From the NCBI GenBank assembly GCA_965140475.1, contig OZ223243.1, forward strand, positions 29,642-93,641: 64,000 nucleotides of DNA. Reading direction: 5' to 3'. Shown piece after piece: positions 48,169 to 58,179 of this stretch; within the stretch, counting starts at the first letter, position 1, and every line of letters starts with the position of its first letter. A program made the position numbers and the translations under genes. The notes beneath the pieces were generated by a model. That model ran no database searches and was not told where the DNA came from. It worked only from the letters and a program-made list of their open reading frames with translations. The DNA is from Arcobacteraceae bacterium. Its GTDB lineage: Bacteria > Campylobacterota > Campylobacteria > Campylobacterales > Arcobacteraceae.

Positions 48169-48822
48169 ATGACCCCATCACAACTCTATAGAGAAGAAAC
48201 TCAAAATGGTAAATTAAAAGTTGCAATAAAAGAGATGCTTGCATCAAAAGCTCTTAGTAGATATGAAGCAGAAGAACTAATACAGTTAAATGTACTCAAC
48301 GAGATAGAACGACCTAGAAAAATACACTCATCAGAAATCAAAAAGTTACAAGAAAATCATAATATGAGTTCAAAAGAGAAATTAGATACTATCGCTCATC
48401 TTTATACAAATAATGGATTTGAGGTAGTAGATAGGGATAGATTAGAGATAAAACTATTTAAAAAGAAAAAGTTTTCTTATCTTAGTGCATTTTTTTGGTT
48501 TTTACTGCTTGGGGTTGGACTAGTTATTTATATTTTATATTATCTTTTAAAAAGGGATGATACTGTTACTATAACTGTTGAAGATAATTATAAAGTAAAA
48601 CCAGATCTGATAGAAGAAGAGATACTTGACGCTGAACTTTTAGAAGATAATATACAAGAAGATATTGAAGAGTTAGATGAAATAGTAGAAATACCAGATG
48701 AAGAACAAACTCACAAAGAAGTAACTGAAAATATTGAAGAGAACTCAACTCAAGAGTTAGAAGAGTCTATCAATGAAACCGAAAAAACAGAGGAGCAACT
48801 CCAAACAACTAAAACTTTATAA
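48169..48822 (+). CDS. Hypothetical single-TM protein with strongly acidic C-terminal tail
   Basis: 217 aa with a central TM segment (FFWFLLLGVGLVIYILYYLL) and an E/D-rich tail. No family recognised. Confidence 0.5.
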   Translation: MTPSQLYREETQNGKLKVAIKEMLASKALSRYEAEELIQLNVLNEIERPRKIHSSEIKKLQENHNMSSKEKLDTIAHLYTNNGFEVVDRDRLEIKLFKKKKFSYLSAFFWFLLLGVGLVIYILYYLLKRDDTVTITVEDNYKVKPDLIEEEILDAELLEDNIQEDIEELDEIVEIPDEEQTHKEVTENIEENSTQELEESINETEKTEEQLQTTKTL

Positions 48823-48831
48823 TAAGTTTTC

Positions 48832-48863
48832 AGATAAAAGCTAGAAGTTCCTAGCTTTTATCT
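48832..48863. terminator. Bidirectional hairpin between convergent genes
   Basis: Perfect 13-bp stem AGATAAAAGCTAG/CTAGCTTTTATCT with a 6-nt loop. Confidence 0.7.
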
Positions 48864-48867
48864 AATA

Positions 48868-49380
48868 TTAATAAACTGTTATAGTTTTTTTAATATTCAA
48901 ATACTCAATTGGTTCTTTGGTTTGTTTACAATATTTTACACCATCAACATAAGCACAATTGTTGTATCCAATTGTTTTTTGTACTGTTCTATACTCATAT
49001 TTTGGTTCACATCTTGTAACTGTTTCATACGATTTACATGTTTTTCCAGCTCTCATATTGTTAGCTGTATATGCTCCACCAAGACCACCTACAACTTTTG
49101 CCACATCTCTACCATTTCCACCACCGATTTGATTTCCAATAGCTACACCAATAACTGCACCAACTAAAGTATCTACACCTATTGAATTTGTATCAGTGCT
49201 TCCACATCTTACATTTACCTCAACAGTATCTTCATAACACTGTTCACCAACTTTTACTTTCTCTGTAAAAGGTTTTGTTATAAGTGTTGACTCTGTTACT
49301 TTAACCATCTCTGCTTGTAAGCTAGATGCTAACACACCAATAGCTATAATATATTTTAAACTTTTCATATTTTTCTCCAT
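48868..49380 (-). CDS. Secreted glycine-zipper protein (17-kDa-antigen-like)
   Basis: Signal peptide and glycine zipper GAVIGVAIGNQIGGGNGRDVAKVVGGLGGA. Confidence 0.6.
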   Translation of the reverse strand: MEKNMKSLKYIIAIGVLASSLQAEMVKVTESTLITKPFTEKVKVGEQCYEDTVEVNVRCGSTDTNSIGVDTLVGAVIGVAIGNQIGGGNGRDVAKVVGGLGGAYTANNMRAGKTCKSYETVTRCEPKYEYRTVQKTIGYNNCAYVDGVKYCKQTKEPIEYLNIKKTITVY

Positions 49381-49414
49381 ATTATCTATATATTGTGATT
49401 ATATCATTAACTAT

Positions 49415-50173
49415 TTATATTAAAAATAAAATACTCATAATAGTTTCTATCCCTAATTCTTCAGGTTCAACATTTAATAAAATAAGACTATGTTCTAAAT
49501 ATAACAACATTTTAGATGTGATAACTTCAAAACTATTATTTGATGGATCTAACACTGATTCTTGCTTTGATTTTATATAATATAAATCAGCTAATTTAAT
49601 AGTATCTATAGCCTGAGTATTTAATTTTTTTTCTAGTTCAATTTGCCAATTATTTTGCCATGTTAAAAAAAGATACTTACCACTATTATCTTTATTAAAC
49701 TTAATTCTCCACTGAATAATTTGTAAGTTTTTATACGCTTTTTGCAGTTTATCAACATCATAACTTAAAGCTGTCATCTTATATTTAGAATCCATATCAA
49801 ATGCTTCATAAAACATTTTATACATACCAATTACTAAATAATCACTTCTATAACTCACATCTGTTTTTTTGTCAAAAGCATGGTTAAGATAATCTTGATA
49901 ATGTTTCAATGGAATACTATTGTCTACATAGAGATTTATCTCGTCTGTATTCTCATTGATATTCTTTCTCAACAAATTGTTAAGCTGTGAACTATAAGCT
50001 TTTGGATTTCTTTTATCTAATTTTACTTTATACTCTAAAAGTAATTCTACTAAAGCTTTGTAATTATTTCTTATATGTTTTGCATTTTCTGTTTGAACAC
50101 TGTTTCTAAGCTTATCTTGTACATTATTACAACCTGCGAATACCAATAAAATTAATATCAACAGGTATTTCAT
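49415..50173 (-). CDS. Lipoprotein, unknown function
   Basis: Lipobox LVFAGC. 252 aa, no family recognised. Confidence 0.55.
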   Translation of the reverse strand: MKYLLILILLVFAGCNNVQDKLRNSVQTENAKHIRNNYKALVELLLEYKVKLDKRNPKAYSSQLNNLLRKNINENTDEINLYVDNSIPLKHYQDYLNHAFDKKTDVSYRSDYLVIGMYKMFYEAFDMDSKYKMTALSYDVDKLQKAYKNLQIIQWRIKFNKDNSGKYLFLTWQNNWQIELEKKLNTQAIDTIKLADLYYIKSKQESVLDPSNNSFEVITSKMLLYLEHSLILLNVEPEELGIETIMSILFLI

Positions 50174-50180
50174 ATTTAGA

Positions 50181-51473
50181 TTATCCTAACTCTATATCAT
50201 TTTCAAACTGTGTTTCAACTCTTAGCATAGTCATATATGGTAACTTTCCTGGTAGTTTTATAGGGTTTGTATTTCCACTATGAACTGACTCTAACTCTTT
50301 CTCAGACTCAGTAATAATTTTTTTGAAACTAATATAGTATTTTCCATTCTCTTTTTTATAGATAGATCCTATTTCGTTATCTACTTCAACTATAGTACTA
50401 TTTAGTGGTGCAAATATTTCCGTTTCTTCATTTGGATATGTTTTGTATTTACATAAAAAATACTCTTCGTTTTCTAGGACAAGACCACTTACTTCATAAC
50501 TTCCAGCACTGAGTGCATAATCATGGTTTTGTGTATCATTTTTTTCAAACGGTTTATGGATAAGATACGCATCTGTAAAACCACGATTTTTTGTTGTGTT
50601 TAATTCATCTTGATATTTTTGTGCTTCAAACTTATCACTATAACAATCTTCAAGTGCCATTCTATAAGCATATGCAGTTACTGCACAATAGTATGGTGAC
50701 TTAGTTCGCCCTTCAATTTTAATACTATCAACAGCCCCACTATCAACTATCTCTTTCACATGACTAGCGAGATTCATATCTTTTGCATTAAAAATATATG
50801 TTCCTATCTCTGGTTGCTCTTCCAGTCTAAAAAGTGTTCCATGTTCATCATTTCCTGCATATAATGTATACTCAAATCTACAATCATTCGCACAACTTCC
50901 ACGATTTGGAACTCTTCCCATTTGCACAGCACTTACTAAACAACGACCTGAATATGCAAAACACATACTTCCATGAACAAAAACTTCTATCTCCAAATCT
51001 GGAAGCATCTTTTTTATCTCTTGTACATCTTTTAAACTTATCTCACGCGCAGCTATAATTCTTCGCACCCCCATATCATAATACACTTTTGCATCAAGAT
51101 AGTTCATCACATTTGCTTGTGTTGAAAGATGTATAGGTATTCCTGGAGCTAATTCATTACAAAGTTGTACAACCCCTGGAGTTGCTACTATAAGTGCATC
51201 AGGTTCTAGTGCAGCTATATTTTTTATATGAGATTTCAAGAGCTCTATTTGAGAATTAAATGGGAATCCATTTATCGTTACATATACTTTTTTCCCTAAA
51301 GAGTGTGCATAATCAATCCCCTCTTTAAAACTCTCCATCGTGAACTCTTTTCCACTTCTAATTCTTAAAGAGAAGTGACTCACTCCTCCATATACAGCAT
51401 CTGCACCATATGCAAATGCTATTTTTAATTTTTCTAAATTACCTGCTGGAGATAATAGTTCTACTTTCTTCAT
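50181..51473 (-). CDS. U32 family peptidase-like protein
   Basis: 430 aa with the U32 signature region (E.FVHGSMCFAYSGRCL). Confidence 0.85.
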   Translation of the reverse strand: MKKVELLSPAGNLEKLKIAFAYGADAVYGGVSHFSLRIRSGKEFTMESFKEGIDYAHSLGKKVYVTINGFPFNSQIELLKSHIKNIAALEPDALIVATPGVVQLCNELAPGIPIHLSTQANVMNYLDAKVYYDMGVRRIIAAREISLKDVQEIKKMLPDLEIEVFVHGSMCFAYSGRCLVSAVQMGRVPNRGSCANDCRFEYTLYAGNDEHGTLFRLEEQPEIGTYIFNAKDMNLASHVKEIVDSGAVDSIKIEGRTKSPYYCAVTAYAYRMALEDCYSDKFEAQKYQDELNTTKNRGFTDAYLIHKPFEKNDTQNHDYALSAGSYEVSGLVLENEEYFLCKYKTYPNEETEIFAPLNSTIVEVDNEIGSIYKKENGKYYISFKKIITESEKELESVHSGNTNPIKLPGKLPYMTMLRVETQFENDIELG

Positions 51474-51483
51474 CTATATTTTC

Positions 51484-52470
51484 CTATTTTAATAAAAATC
51501 TTTCTAAATTTTGTGTGATATTTGCATCCATTGGTTCAATTGTTTCATTATTGTCCATTTCAAATTGAGGTATTGGTAAATCTTTATTGATAATTCGTAC
51601 ACATCGAACCCGTCCATCTTTAAACTCTTGAACTGATTTTATTATCTCACCATCTTCTATATTTAAACCTTTTGCATACTGCCAAATATTGTTTTTTCCA
51701 GACTCTGTATCGTTTGACCAGTAAAACACTCCACCGTAACCATTATATATCTCATCTTTATGATTTTTATGAAGATTATCTAGCTGAGCGATAGTTGGAA
51801 GCTGCCAATCTTCAAATTCACCTATTCGTAAATTTTTACAATACTTTTTTGCTTTTTCCCACTCAATTGGTGTATTTGTAGCAGTTTTTGTATCTTCCCA
51901 CATCTCATTACCAATAGTTTGAGTATAAAGTCTTATATCAAGAGGTATTGTTATGAGTTTATATGATAATTCATTAAAACTATCGGCATAAATATCTTTA
52001 TAAAAAACAACCTCTTTATATCCATTTCTAATTCTAAATTCCATATTAGTATCTGCATCTACTTCAAATACTCGATTTCTAGCATGAAGTACTTTTTCAA
52101 ACTTACCATTTAGGTACAAATCACCATCTTCACCCACTAAAAAAACTTTTGCTTTTGCTCTTTCGAACTTTAAATATATAGTTGGAATTGTGGTTACTCT
52201 TATATTGATAGTTTTTGCAATATCATCTTTAAAAAACTTTTTATTTGCAAAAGCATAAAGATAATTATCTTTATTTGGAGTTATTTTGTATCTTTTAATT
52301 GGTGTTTTTCCAAGATAATCTCCATTAAGATATACTTGCGTTCCTATAACATTGGAAACAATATTTACATATGCTGGTTTGACAAGAGTTTGCGGTTTTG
52401 TTGTATTTGTATCTGCCCCATTTAACAAACTAAAACATACTATTAATAATATTATAAATCTACCATACAT
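51484..52470 (-). CDS. Secreted protein with PEGA-like N-terminal domain and DUF1566 (Lcl C-terminal-like) domain
   Basis: Signal peptide, VYLNGDYLGKTPI (PEGA-like), and a C-terminal FEDWQLPTIAQLDNL...YWSN pattern typical of DUF1566. Confidence 0.55.
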   Translation of the reverse strand: MYGRFIILLIVCFSLLNGADTNTTKPQTLVKPAYVNIVSNVIGTQVYLNGDYLGKTPIKRYKITPNKDNYLYAFANKKFFKDDIAKTINIRVTTIPTIYLKFERAKAKVFLVGEDGDLYLNGKFEKVLHARNRVFEVDADTNMEFRIRNGYKEVVFYKDIYADSFNELSYKLITIPLDIRLYTQTIGNEMWEDTKTATNTPIEWEKAKKYCKNLRIGEFEDWQLPTIAQLDNLHKNHKDEIYNGYGGVFYWSNDTESGKNNIWQYAKGLNIEDGEIIKSVQEFKDGRVRCVRIINKDLPIPQFEMDNNETIEPMDANITQNLERFLLK

Positions 52471-52485
52471 ATTTTTATCCCTTAT

Positions 52486-53253
52486 TTATACAAACCATAT
52501 AAGTAGTATTGTACCAAAAATTATCCTATAGATACCAAATGCTACAAAAGTAAAGTTCTCTAAAAACTTTAAAAAAAGTTTAATTGTAAGATATGCCACT
52601 ATAAATGCGGTCACAAACCCAACACCCAAAACAACTAAATTTGCATCACTAAAATCTTTATAATGTTTCAATAAATCATATCCAGTAGTTGCACACATAA
52701 CTGGAAATGCTAACAAAAAACTAAACTCTGCAGATGCTTTTCTATTTAGACCAACCAACATAGCTCCAATGATTGTACTTCCAGCGCGACTAGTCCCTGG
52801 GATTAAAGCTGCAATTTGAGCAACTCCTATCCATAAAGCTTGTTTATAACTTACTTTTTCAACATCATCTATAAAATGTTCTTTTTCTGTATAAAACTTC
52901 TCTACAATCAAAAATATAATCCCACCAACTATAAACATTATGGCTACTATTTTTACATCAAACATCGCTTTTATTTGTGATGAAAAAATAAAACCCACTG
53001 CTCCTATTGGTATAAAAGCCAAAATAAGTTTTTTCCAAAGTTCTATTTTTTTAATAGTAAATTTATCACTATAAGTTAATAACACAGCCAAAATAGCTGC
53101 AAACTGAATAATCACTTCATATGCTTTTGTTACATGGGTTTGATCGATACCTAAAGCTTGGCTTGCAACTATTAAATGTCCTGTTGAACTAATGGGTAAG
53201 AACTCTGTAAATCCCTCTATTATCCCTAAAAGTATTGATTCAAATATTCCCAA
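52486..53253 (-). CDS. uppP: Undecaprenyl-diphosphate phosphatase
   Basis: 255 aa with the BacA motifs [10 protein letters not shown] and [10 protein letters not shown]. Confidence 0.93.
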   Translation of the reverse strand: MGIFESILLGIIEGFTEFLPISSTGHLIVASQALGIDQTHVTKAYEVIIQFAAILAVLLTYSDKFTIKKIELWKKLILAFIPIGAVGFIFSSQIKAMFDVKIVAIMFIVGGIIFLIVEKFYTEKEHFIDDVEKVSYKQALWIGVAQIAALIPGTSRAGSTIIGAMLVGLNRKASAEFSFLLAFPVMCATTGYDLLKHYKDFSDANLVVLGVGFVTAFIVAYLTIKLFLKFLENFTFVAFGIYRIIFGTILLIWFV

Positions 53254-53254
53254 T

Positions 53255-53905
53255 CTACATATCCTTTGAAAGTCTTAAAAATAATTTTAAACTTTTTTTC
53301 TCTTTTTTCCCTAAATTGTAATTGATTTTTGTAAGATACTTTTGTATCTGTTTTTTTGAGATACCACTTCTTTTTGCATACTTTTCTAAGATATATTGTG
53401 GAATATATACTTTTGTTTTCAAAAAGTTTTTTGAAATCTGTTCGAGATATTTCTCATGTTTATTTACACAAAGTCTTGCAAATACAAAAGGGAGATTGTA
53501 TTTTTCTTTCCATTTTGTTGCTAAATCTATAAAATCTTCATCACTATTATGAAATCTATATAGTGCTTTATCTCCAATAACAACTTCACCCTCTATTTTC
53601 AAAACTTTTGCTAATGCATTTGAAGTATCTGATTGAAAATCTTTTTTGTAACTTCCGGGGATTACCAAAACAGAATCTACAACCCCATTTGCAACTATCC
53701 CCAAATCTAAACACTTTTTACATCTTCTAGAAGCTATAGAGCTTATAACAGCTGCATCTACTTTCCGTTTTTTGAATTTTTTATTTATAGATGAGGGATA
53801 AGACTTATGATATTCAATTATTTGTTTTGTTTGTGATGATAAATTTTTTTTAATAAAAACATGAAGTGGTAGAAGATTAATAAAATCTATTTTTGCAAAT
53901 ATCAT
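53255..53905 (-). CDS. mqnA: MqnA/MqnD-family (futalosine-pathway menaquinone biosynthesis) protein
   Basis: 216 aa: N-terminal [17 protein letters not shown] and PFVFARL resemble the VitK2_biosynth family. Assigned from memory of motifs only. Confidence 0.55.
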   Translation of the reverse strand: MIFAKIDFINLLPLHVFIKKNLSSQTKQIIEYHKSYPSSINKKFKKRKVDAAVISSIASRRCKKCLDLGIVANGVVDSVLVIPGSYKKDFQSDTSNALAKVLKIEGEVVIGDKALYRFHNSDEDFIDLATKWKEKYNLPFVFARLCVNKHEKYLEQISKNFLKTKVYIPQYILEKYAKRSGISKKQIQKYLTKINYNLGKKEKKSLKLFLRLSKDM

Positions 53906-53984
53906 AACTAAATAAAATCCTTATTTTTAATAAGATATAATAACTAACTTATGGTAAGAATACGATTATTTTAGAGGATAGATT

Positions 53985-54206
53985 ATGATAACAATAGAAT
54001 TTTTAGGACCAATAAATAAAAAACCACTCCAAGTGGAGATAACAAACCTTAACGAGTTAAGTGAAATTTTAAAACAAGATGAAAGTTTAAAAAGTTGGTT
54101 AAATAATAGTGCCGTTGCTGTAAATGACACTTTAGTTAAAGATACAAACTATGTTTTAAACGATGGAGATAAAGTATCACTACTGCCTCCTGTTTGTGGT
54201 GGATGA
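53985..54206 (+). CDS. moaD: Molybdopterin synthase sulfur-carrier subunit
   Basis: 73 aa of the ThiS/MoaD type ending in GG, immediately upstream of moaE. Confidence 0.85.
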   Translation: MITIEFLGPINKKPLQVEITNLNELSEILKQDESLKSWLNNSAVAVNDTLVKDTNYVLNDGDKVSLLPPVCGG

Positions 54207-54207
54207 T

Positions 54208-54651
54208 ATGCAATATTTAGAATTGTATGATGGTAGTTTAGAAGTAGAAAAGATTACAAATAGATGGTATAACGATTTTAGACTTTCTAATTTTGGAGCC
54301 ATTATTACTTTTGTAGGGGTTGTCAGAGATGAAGATGGGATAGAGGGATTAAGTTTTGATATTTATGAACCTATCTTAAACTCATGGTTTGATTCTTGGC
54401 AACAAAAAGCAAAAGAGAACAATGCAATTGTCCTTATGGCACATAGTCGTGGTGATGTTTTAAATCATACTAGCTCTTATATAGCAGCTGTGTGTAGTCC
54501 AAAAAGGAGAGTTGCACTAGAGCTTATAGATGAATTTGTTGAAGATTTTAAAGCTAGTGCTCCTATTTGGAAATATGATATTATCAAAGGGAAAAGAGAA
54601 TATGCACTTGAAAGAAGTACTGCTATTTCAGGTGCTGGACTATTAAGCTAA
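54208..54651 (+). CDS. moaE: Molybdopterin synthase catalytic subunit (start moved to ATG 54208)
   Basis: MoaE-like core (GAIITFVGVVRD...APIWK). ATG 54208 follows the moaD stop, whereas the track start would overlap moaD by 44 nt. Confidence 0.82.
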   Translation: MQYLELYDGSLEVEKITNRWYNDFRLSNFGAIITFVGVVRDEDGIEGLSFDIYEPILNSWFDSWQQKAKENNAIVLMAHSRGDVLNHTSSYIAAVCSPKRRVALELIDEFVEDFKASAPIWKYDIIKGKREYALERSTAISGAGLLS

Positions 54652-54661
54652 AGGATACAAA

Positions 54662-55447
54662 ATGAGAGTTGATTTACATAACCACACAACATTGTGTAAC
54701 CATGCAGTGGGTTCAATGGATGAATATATTCAAAAAGCAATTGAACTTGGTATTGATATTTATGGTTTTAGTGAACATGCTCCAATGAAAAACTTTGAAG
54801 ATGGATATCGACTTGTTTTAGAGAAAAAAGAATTTTATGAGAATAGTGTTTTAGAGCTACAAAAAAAGTATCAAGATAAAATCCAAATAACTTTAGGATA
54901 TGAAGTAGACTATATGAATGGAGACTATATCCTCGATGAAATTAAAAATGCACATGTAGACTATCTAATAGGAAGTGTCCATTATCTAGATAAGTGGGGA
55001 TTTGATAATCCTGAGTTTATAGGTGTTTATAAAAGTAAAAATATAGACACTATCTGGGAAGAGTACTTTGAAGCTGTCAAAGCTATGGCAAAAACTGGTT
55101 ACTTTAATATTGTAGGACACCTTGATCTTATCAAAGTATTTAATTATTTACCATCAAAAGATATAAAATCTATTGCAATTGAGAGTTTAAAGCAGATTAA
55201 AAAATCAAATATGGCTATAGAGATAAATTGTTCAGGATTTAGAAAACCTATTGGGGAGCAATACCCCTCTTATGAACTTTTAGAGCTTGCCTTTGAACTT
55301 AATATTCCAATAACTTTTAGTAGTGATGCACATAGTGTTGATCATATCGGTTTTAAATATGAAGAGGCAAAAGAACTTGCTCGTAAAACTGGATATACCA
55401 CTTGTGTTTATTTTAAAGAAAAACAGATGATTCAAACAAAGTTCTAA
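54662..55447 (+). CDS. Histidinol-phosphatase, PHP (HisJ/HisK) family
   Basis: MRVDLHNHT..., internal GSVHY and C-terminal SSDAHS PHP motifs. Confidence 0.82.
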   Translation: MRVDLHNHTTLCNHAVGSMDEYIQKAIELGIDIYGFSEHAPMKNFEDGYRLVLEKKEFYENSVLELQKKYQDKIQITLGYEVDYMNGDYILDEIKNAHVDYLIGSVHYLDKWGFDNPEFIGVYKSKNIDTIWEEYFEAVKAMAKTGYFNIVGHLDLIKVFNYLPSKDIKSIAIESLKQIKKSNMAIEINCSGFRKPIGEQYPSYELLELAFELNIPITFSSDAHSVDHIGFKYEEAKELARKTGYTTCVYFKEKQMIQTKF

Positions 55448-55486
55448 ACTTAAAATAAACTAAAAACATACATCTTTTAAATAACA

Positions 55487-55510
55487 AAAATCCTTTAAAT
55501 AAAGGGTTTT
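55487..55510 (+). terminator. Hairpin terminator candidate after the PHP phosphatase gene
   Basis: AAAATCCTTT-AAAT-AAAGGGTTTT: 10-bp stem with one GU pair. Confidence 0.45.
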
Positions 55511-55585
55511 ACCATTTTACACTTAAGCTATATAAAAGTTTTAATTCACTATAATCCCAAACTTTAAAAAATTAGGAGTTCTATA

Positions 55586-56941
55586 GTGTTTGATACTTTA
55601 ACCAGTTCATTTAAATCTGTTGTTGGAAAAATTCGATACAAAGATGATGCCGCTGCCCTAAAAAGAGCATTAACAGAACTTAAAAAATCACTATTAAAAG
55701 CAGATGTACACCACAAAACGACAAAAGAACTCCTAACAAAAATAGAACTCGATACAAAAGCTAATGGAATCGGTCAAGATTCTTTCTTAAAAGCTTTAAA
55801 AGATGCCCTTACACAAATACTTACAACTACTGGAAATCAAGGATTTGTTTACAGTAATAAATCTTCACTAACTACTATTTTAATGACTGGTCTTCAAGGA
55901 AGTGGTAAAACAACTACAACGGGAAAACTTGCAAATTATCTTAAAACAAGAAACAAAAAAGTTTTAGTTGCAGCTGCCGATTTACAAAGACTAGCAGCGG
56001 TTGAGCAACTTAAACAAATAGGTGCTCAAATTGAAGTTGATGTATATTTTGAAGAAAATGAAACAAATCCAGTTACAATAGCTCAAAATGCAAAGAAGAA
56101 AGCAATAGATGGACTTTATGATGTTCTTTTTATAGATACAGCTGGTCGACTTGCTATTGATGAAGCTTTAATGGATGAACTTAAAAATGTGAAAGATGCA
56201 GTTCAACCTGATGAAATATTTTATGTTGCAGATTCATTAACAGGGCACGATGCAACAAAAACTGCAACTACTTTTAAAGAAAAAATCGGAATCGATGGAG
56301 TAATCTTATCAAAATATGATGGAGATACTAAAGGTGGTGTGGCTATCTCTATTGCACATCAAGTTGAGGTTCCATTAAGATTTGTTGGTATTGGTGAAAA
56401 GATGCCAGATATTGAACCATTTATCCCAGATAGAATTGTATCAAGACTTATGGGTGCTGGAGATGTTGAAGGTTTAAGCGAAAAAGCAGCAGCTGTAATT
56501 GATGAGAAAAAAGCAAAAGAGGTTACTAAAAAGATCAGAAAAGGTGAATTTAACTTTAATGACTTTTTAGAACAACTTGATATGATGAAAAAACTAGGAA
56601 GCATGAAGTCTATTATGGGAATGATTCCAGGGATGTCTGGTATGGCAAATCAACTAAAAGATATGGATTTAGAAAGTTCAGGAGAGATTGTCCGAATTAA
56701 AGCATTGATATCTTCTATGACTCCAAATGAGAGAGAAACTCCAAGTATTATCAATCCATCAAGAAAGAAAAGGCTCTCAAGAGGTGCTGGACTTTCTGAA
56801 GTACAAGTAAATAAAATACTCAAACAGTTCAAAAATGCAGCAAAAATGGCAAAAAAAATGTCAGGAAAAGGTGGCATGAAAGATATGCAAAAAATGATGT
56901 CTCAAATGGGACAAGGTGGAATGCCAAACTTACCTAGATAG
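55586..56941 (+). CDS. ffh: Signal recognition particle protein Ffh
   Basis: GTG start 7 nt after AGGAG. GLQGSGKTTT, DTAGR, and a Met-rich M domain. Confidence 0.96.
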   Translation: MFDTLTSSFKSVVGKIRYKDDAAALKRALTELKKSLLKADVHHKTTKELLTKIELDTKANGIGQDSFLKALKDALTQILTTTGNQGFVYSNKSSLTTILMTGLQGSGKTTTTGKLANYLKTRNKKVLVAAADLQRLAAVEQLKQIGAQIEVDVYFEENETNPVTIAQNAKKKAIDGLYDVLFIDTAGRLAIDEALMDELKNVKDAVQPDEIFYVADSLTGHDATKTATTFKEKIGIDGVILSKYDGDTKGGVAISIAHQVEVPLRFVGIGEKMPDIEPFIPDRIVSRLMGAGDVEGLSEKAAAVIDEKKAKEVTKKIRKGEFNFNDFLEQLDMMKKLGSMKSIMGMIPGMSGMANQLKDMDLESSGEIVRIKALISSMTPNERETPSIINPSRKKRLSRGAGLSEVQVNKILKQFKNAAKMAKKMSGKGGMKDMQKMMSQMGQGGMPNLPR

Positions 56942-56954
56942 GTAAAACTTAAGT

Positions 56955-56993
56955 GTTAAGTGCTAAGATGAAGTTTTCATTTTAGCACTTAAC
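56955..56993 (+). other. Long imperfect hairpin between ffh and rpsP
   Basis: 12-bp stem GTTAAGTGCTAA/TTAGCACTTAAC enclosing a second 5-bp stem ATGAA/TTCAT. No U-tract follows. Confidence 0.6.
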
Positions 56994-57029
56994 ATCAAAG
57001 TTAATAAACAAGAAAAAAAGGAAAAGAAA

Positions 57030-57260
57030 ATGACAGTAATTAGATTAACAAGAATGGGTAGAAACAAAAAACCATTTTACAGAATCGTTGTAACAGATAG
57101 CAGAAAAAGAAGAGATTCAGGTTGGATTGAATCAATTGGTTACTACAACCCAGTATCAGAGCCAAAAGAATTAAAATTTGATCAAGAAAGACTTGATTAT
57201 TGGCTAAGTGTTGGTGCACAACCATCAGAAAAAGTAGCAAAATTAACAGCTAAAAAATAG
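57030..57260 (+). CDS. rpsP: 30S ribosomal protein S16
   Basis: [21 protein letters not shown]. Confidence 0.97.
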   Translation: MTVIRLTRMGRNKKPFYRIVVTDSRKRRDSGWIESIGYYNPVSEPKELKFDQERLDYWLSVGAQPSEKVAKLTAKK

Positions 57261-57265
57261 TTCTT

Positions 57266-57505
57266 ATGACAGCTGAATTTGTTTCCACTTATACAAAGAT
57301 GATTGTTAGTTATCCTGAAGATATTCAGGTTGAAACAAAAGAGATAAATGATTCTTTTTTTGAGATAACAATCATTGCAAATAGTGCAGATATAGGGAAA
57401 CTTATTGGAAAAAATGGAAATATGATCAACGCTATGAAAACTATTTTAAATGGTTGTAAAGCGAAAGATGGAATCTCCTATAAAATACAAGTAGTATCAA
57501 AATAA
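57266..57505 (+). CDS. KH-domain RNA-binding protein (YlqC/UPF0109)
   Basis: 79 aa with GKLIGKNG (the GxxG KH loop), in the conserved rpsP-KH-rimM context. Confidence 0.85.
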   Translation: MTAEFVSTYTKMIVSYPEDIQVETKEINDSFFEITIIANSADIGKLIGKNGNMINAMKTILNGCKAKDGISYKIQVVSK

Positions 57506-57544
57506 TTTGAGACTACTTGTAAATAATATTTATTAAGGTTTACT

Positions 57545-58069
57545 ATGGAAAAAATTTATGTAGCGAAACTTGGTAAAACAGTTGGCTTAAAAGGGCAACA
57601 AAAACTTCACATTGATTCAGACTTTCCTGAACAATTCAAAAAAAATGCAAAATTTATTACAGATAAAAAACAAGAACTTACTATAGAGTCATATAATGAT
57701 ACAAATAGTGTCGTAAAGTTTATCGGTATCGATACTATAGAAGATGCAAAAAAACTAACAAATAGACAACTTTTCACCTCAATAGAAGATACAAAAGAGC
57801 TTTGTCAACTAAAAGACAAAGAGTATTTTTGGTTTGATATGATTGATTGTCTTATTATTGAAGAGGATGTAGTTTTAGGGAAAGTTGTAGATATACAAAG
57901 AATGCCTTTATCAGATTATCTTTTAATAGAAACAGCAAAAGAGCTTGTTGACAAAAAACTTTCAAATCAATTTTTAATACCATATCTTGATGATTATATT
58001 ATCAATGTTGATATAAATAACAAAAAAATAACTACAAAAAATAGTTACCTCATATTAGAAAATAGCTAG
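57545..58069 (+). CDS. rimM: 16S rRNA processing protein RimM
   Basis: 174 aa starting VAKLGKTVGLKGQQKL, with a PRC-barrel tail, in operon context. Confidence 0.88.
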   Translation: MEKIYVAKLGKTVGLKGQQKLHIDSDFPEQFKKNAKFITDKKQELTIESYNDTNSVVKFIGIDTIEDAKKLTNRQLFTSIEDTKELCQLKDKEYFWFDMIDCLIIEEDVVLGKVVDIQRMPLSDYLLIETAKELVDKKLSNQFLIPYLDDYIINVDINNKKITTKNSYLILENS

Positions 58070-58179
58070 TTCTAATACTTTTTTGGTACTTAAATCATAA
58101 GTAACTTAATAATTTTCTCCATTTATAATAATTTTTTTGCTATAATAAGTACAATTTAGTTAATTAGGAATATTAAAAA

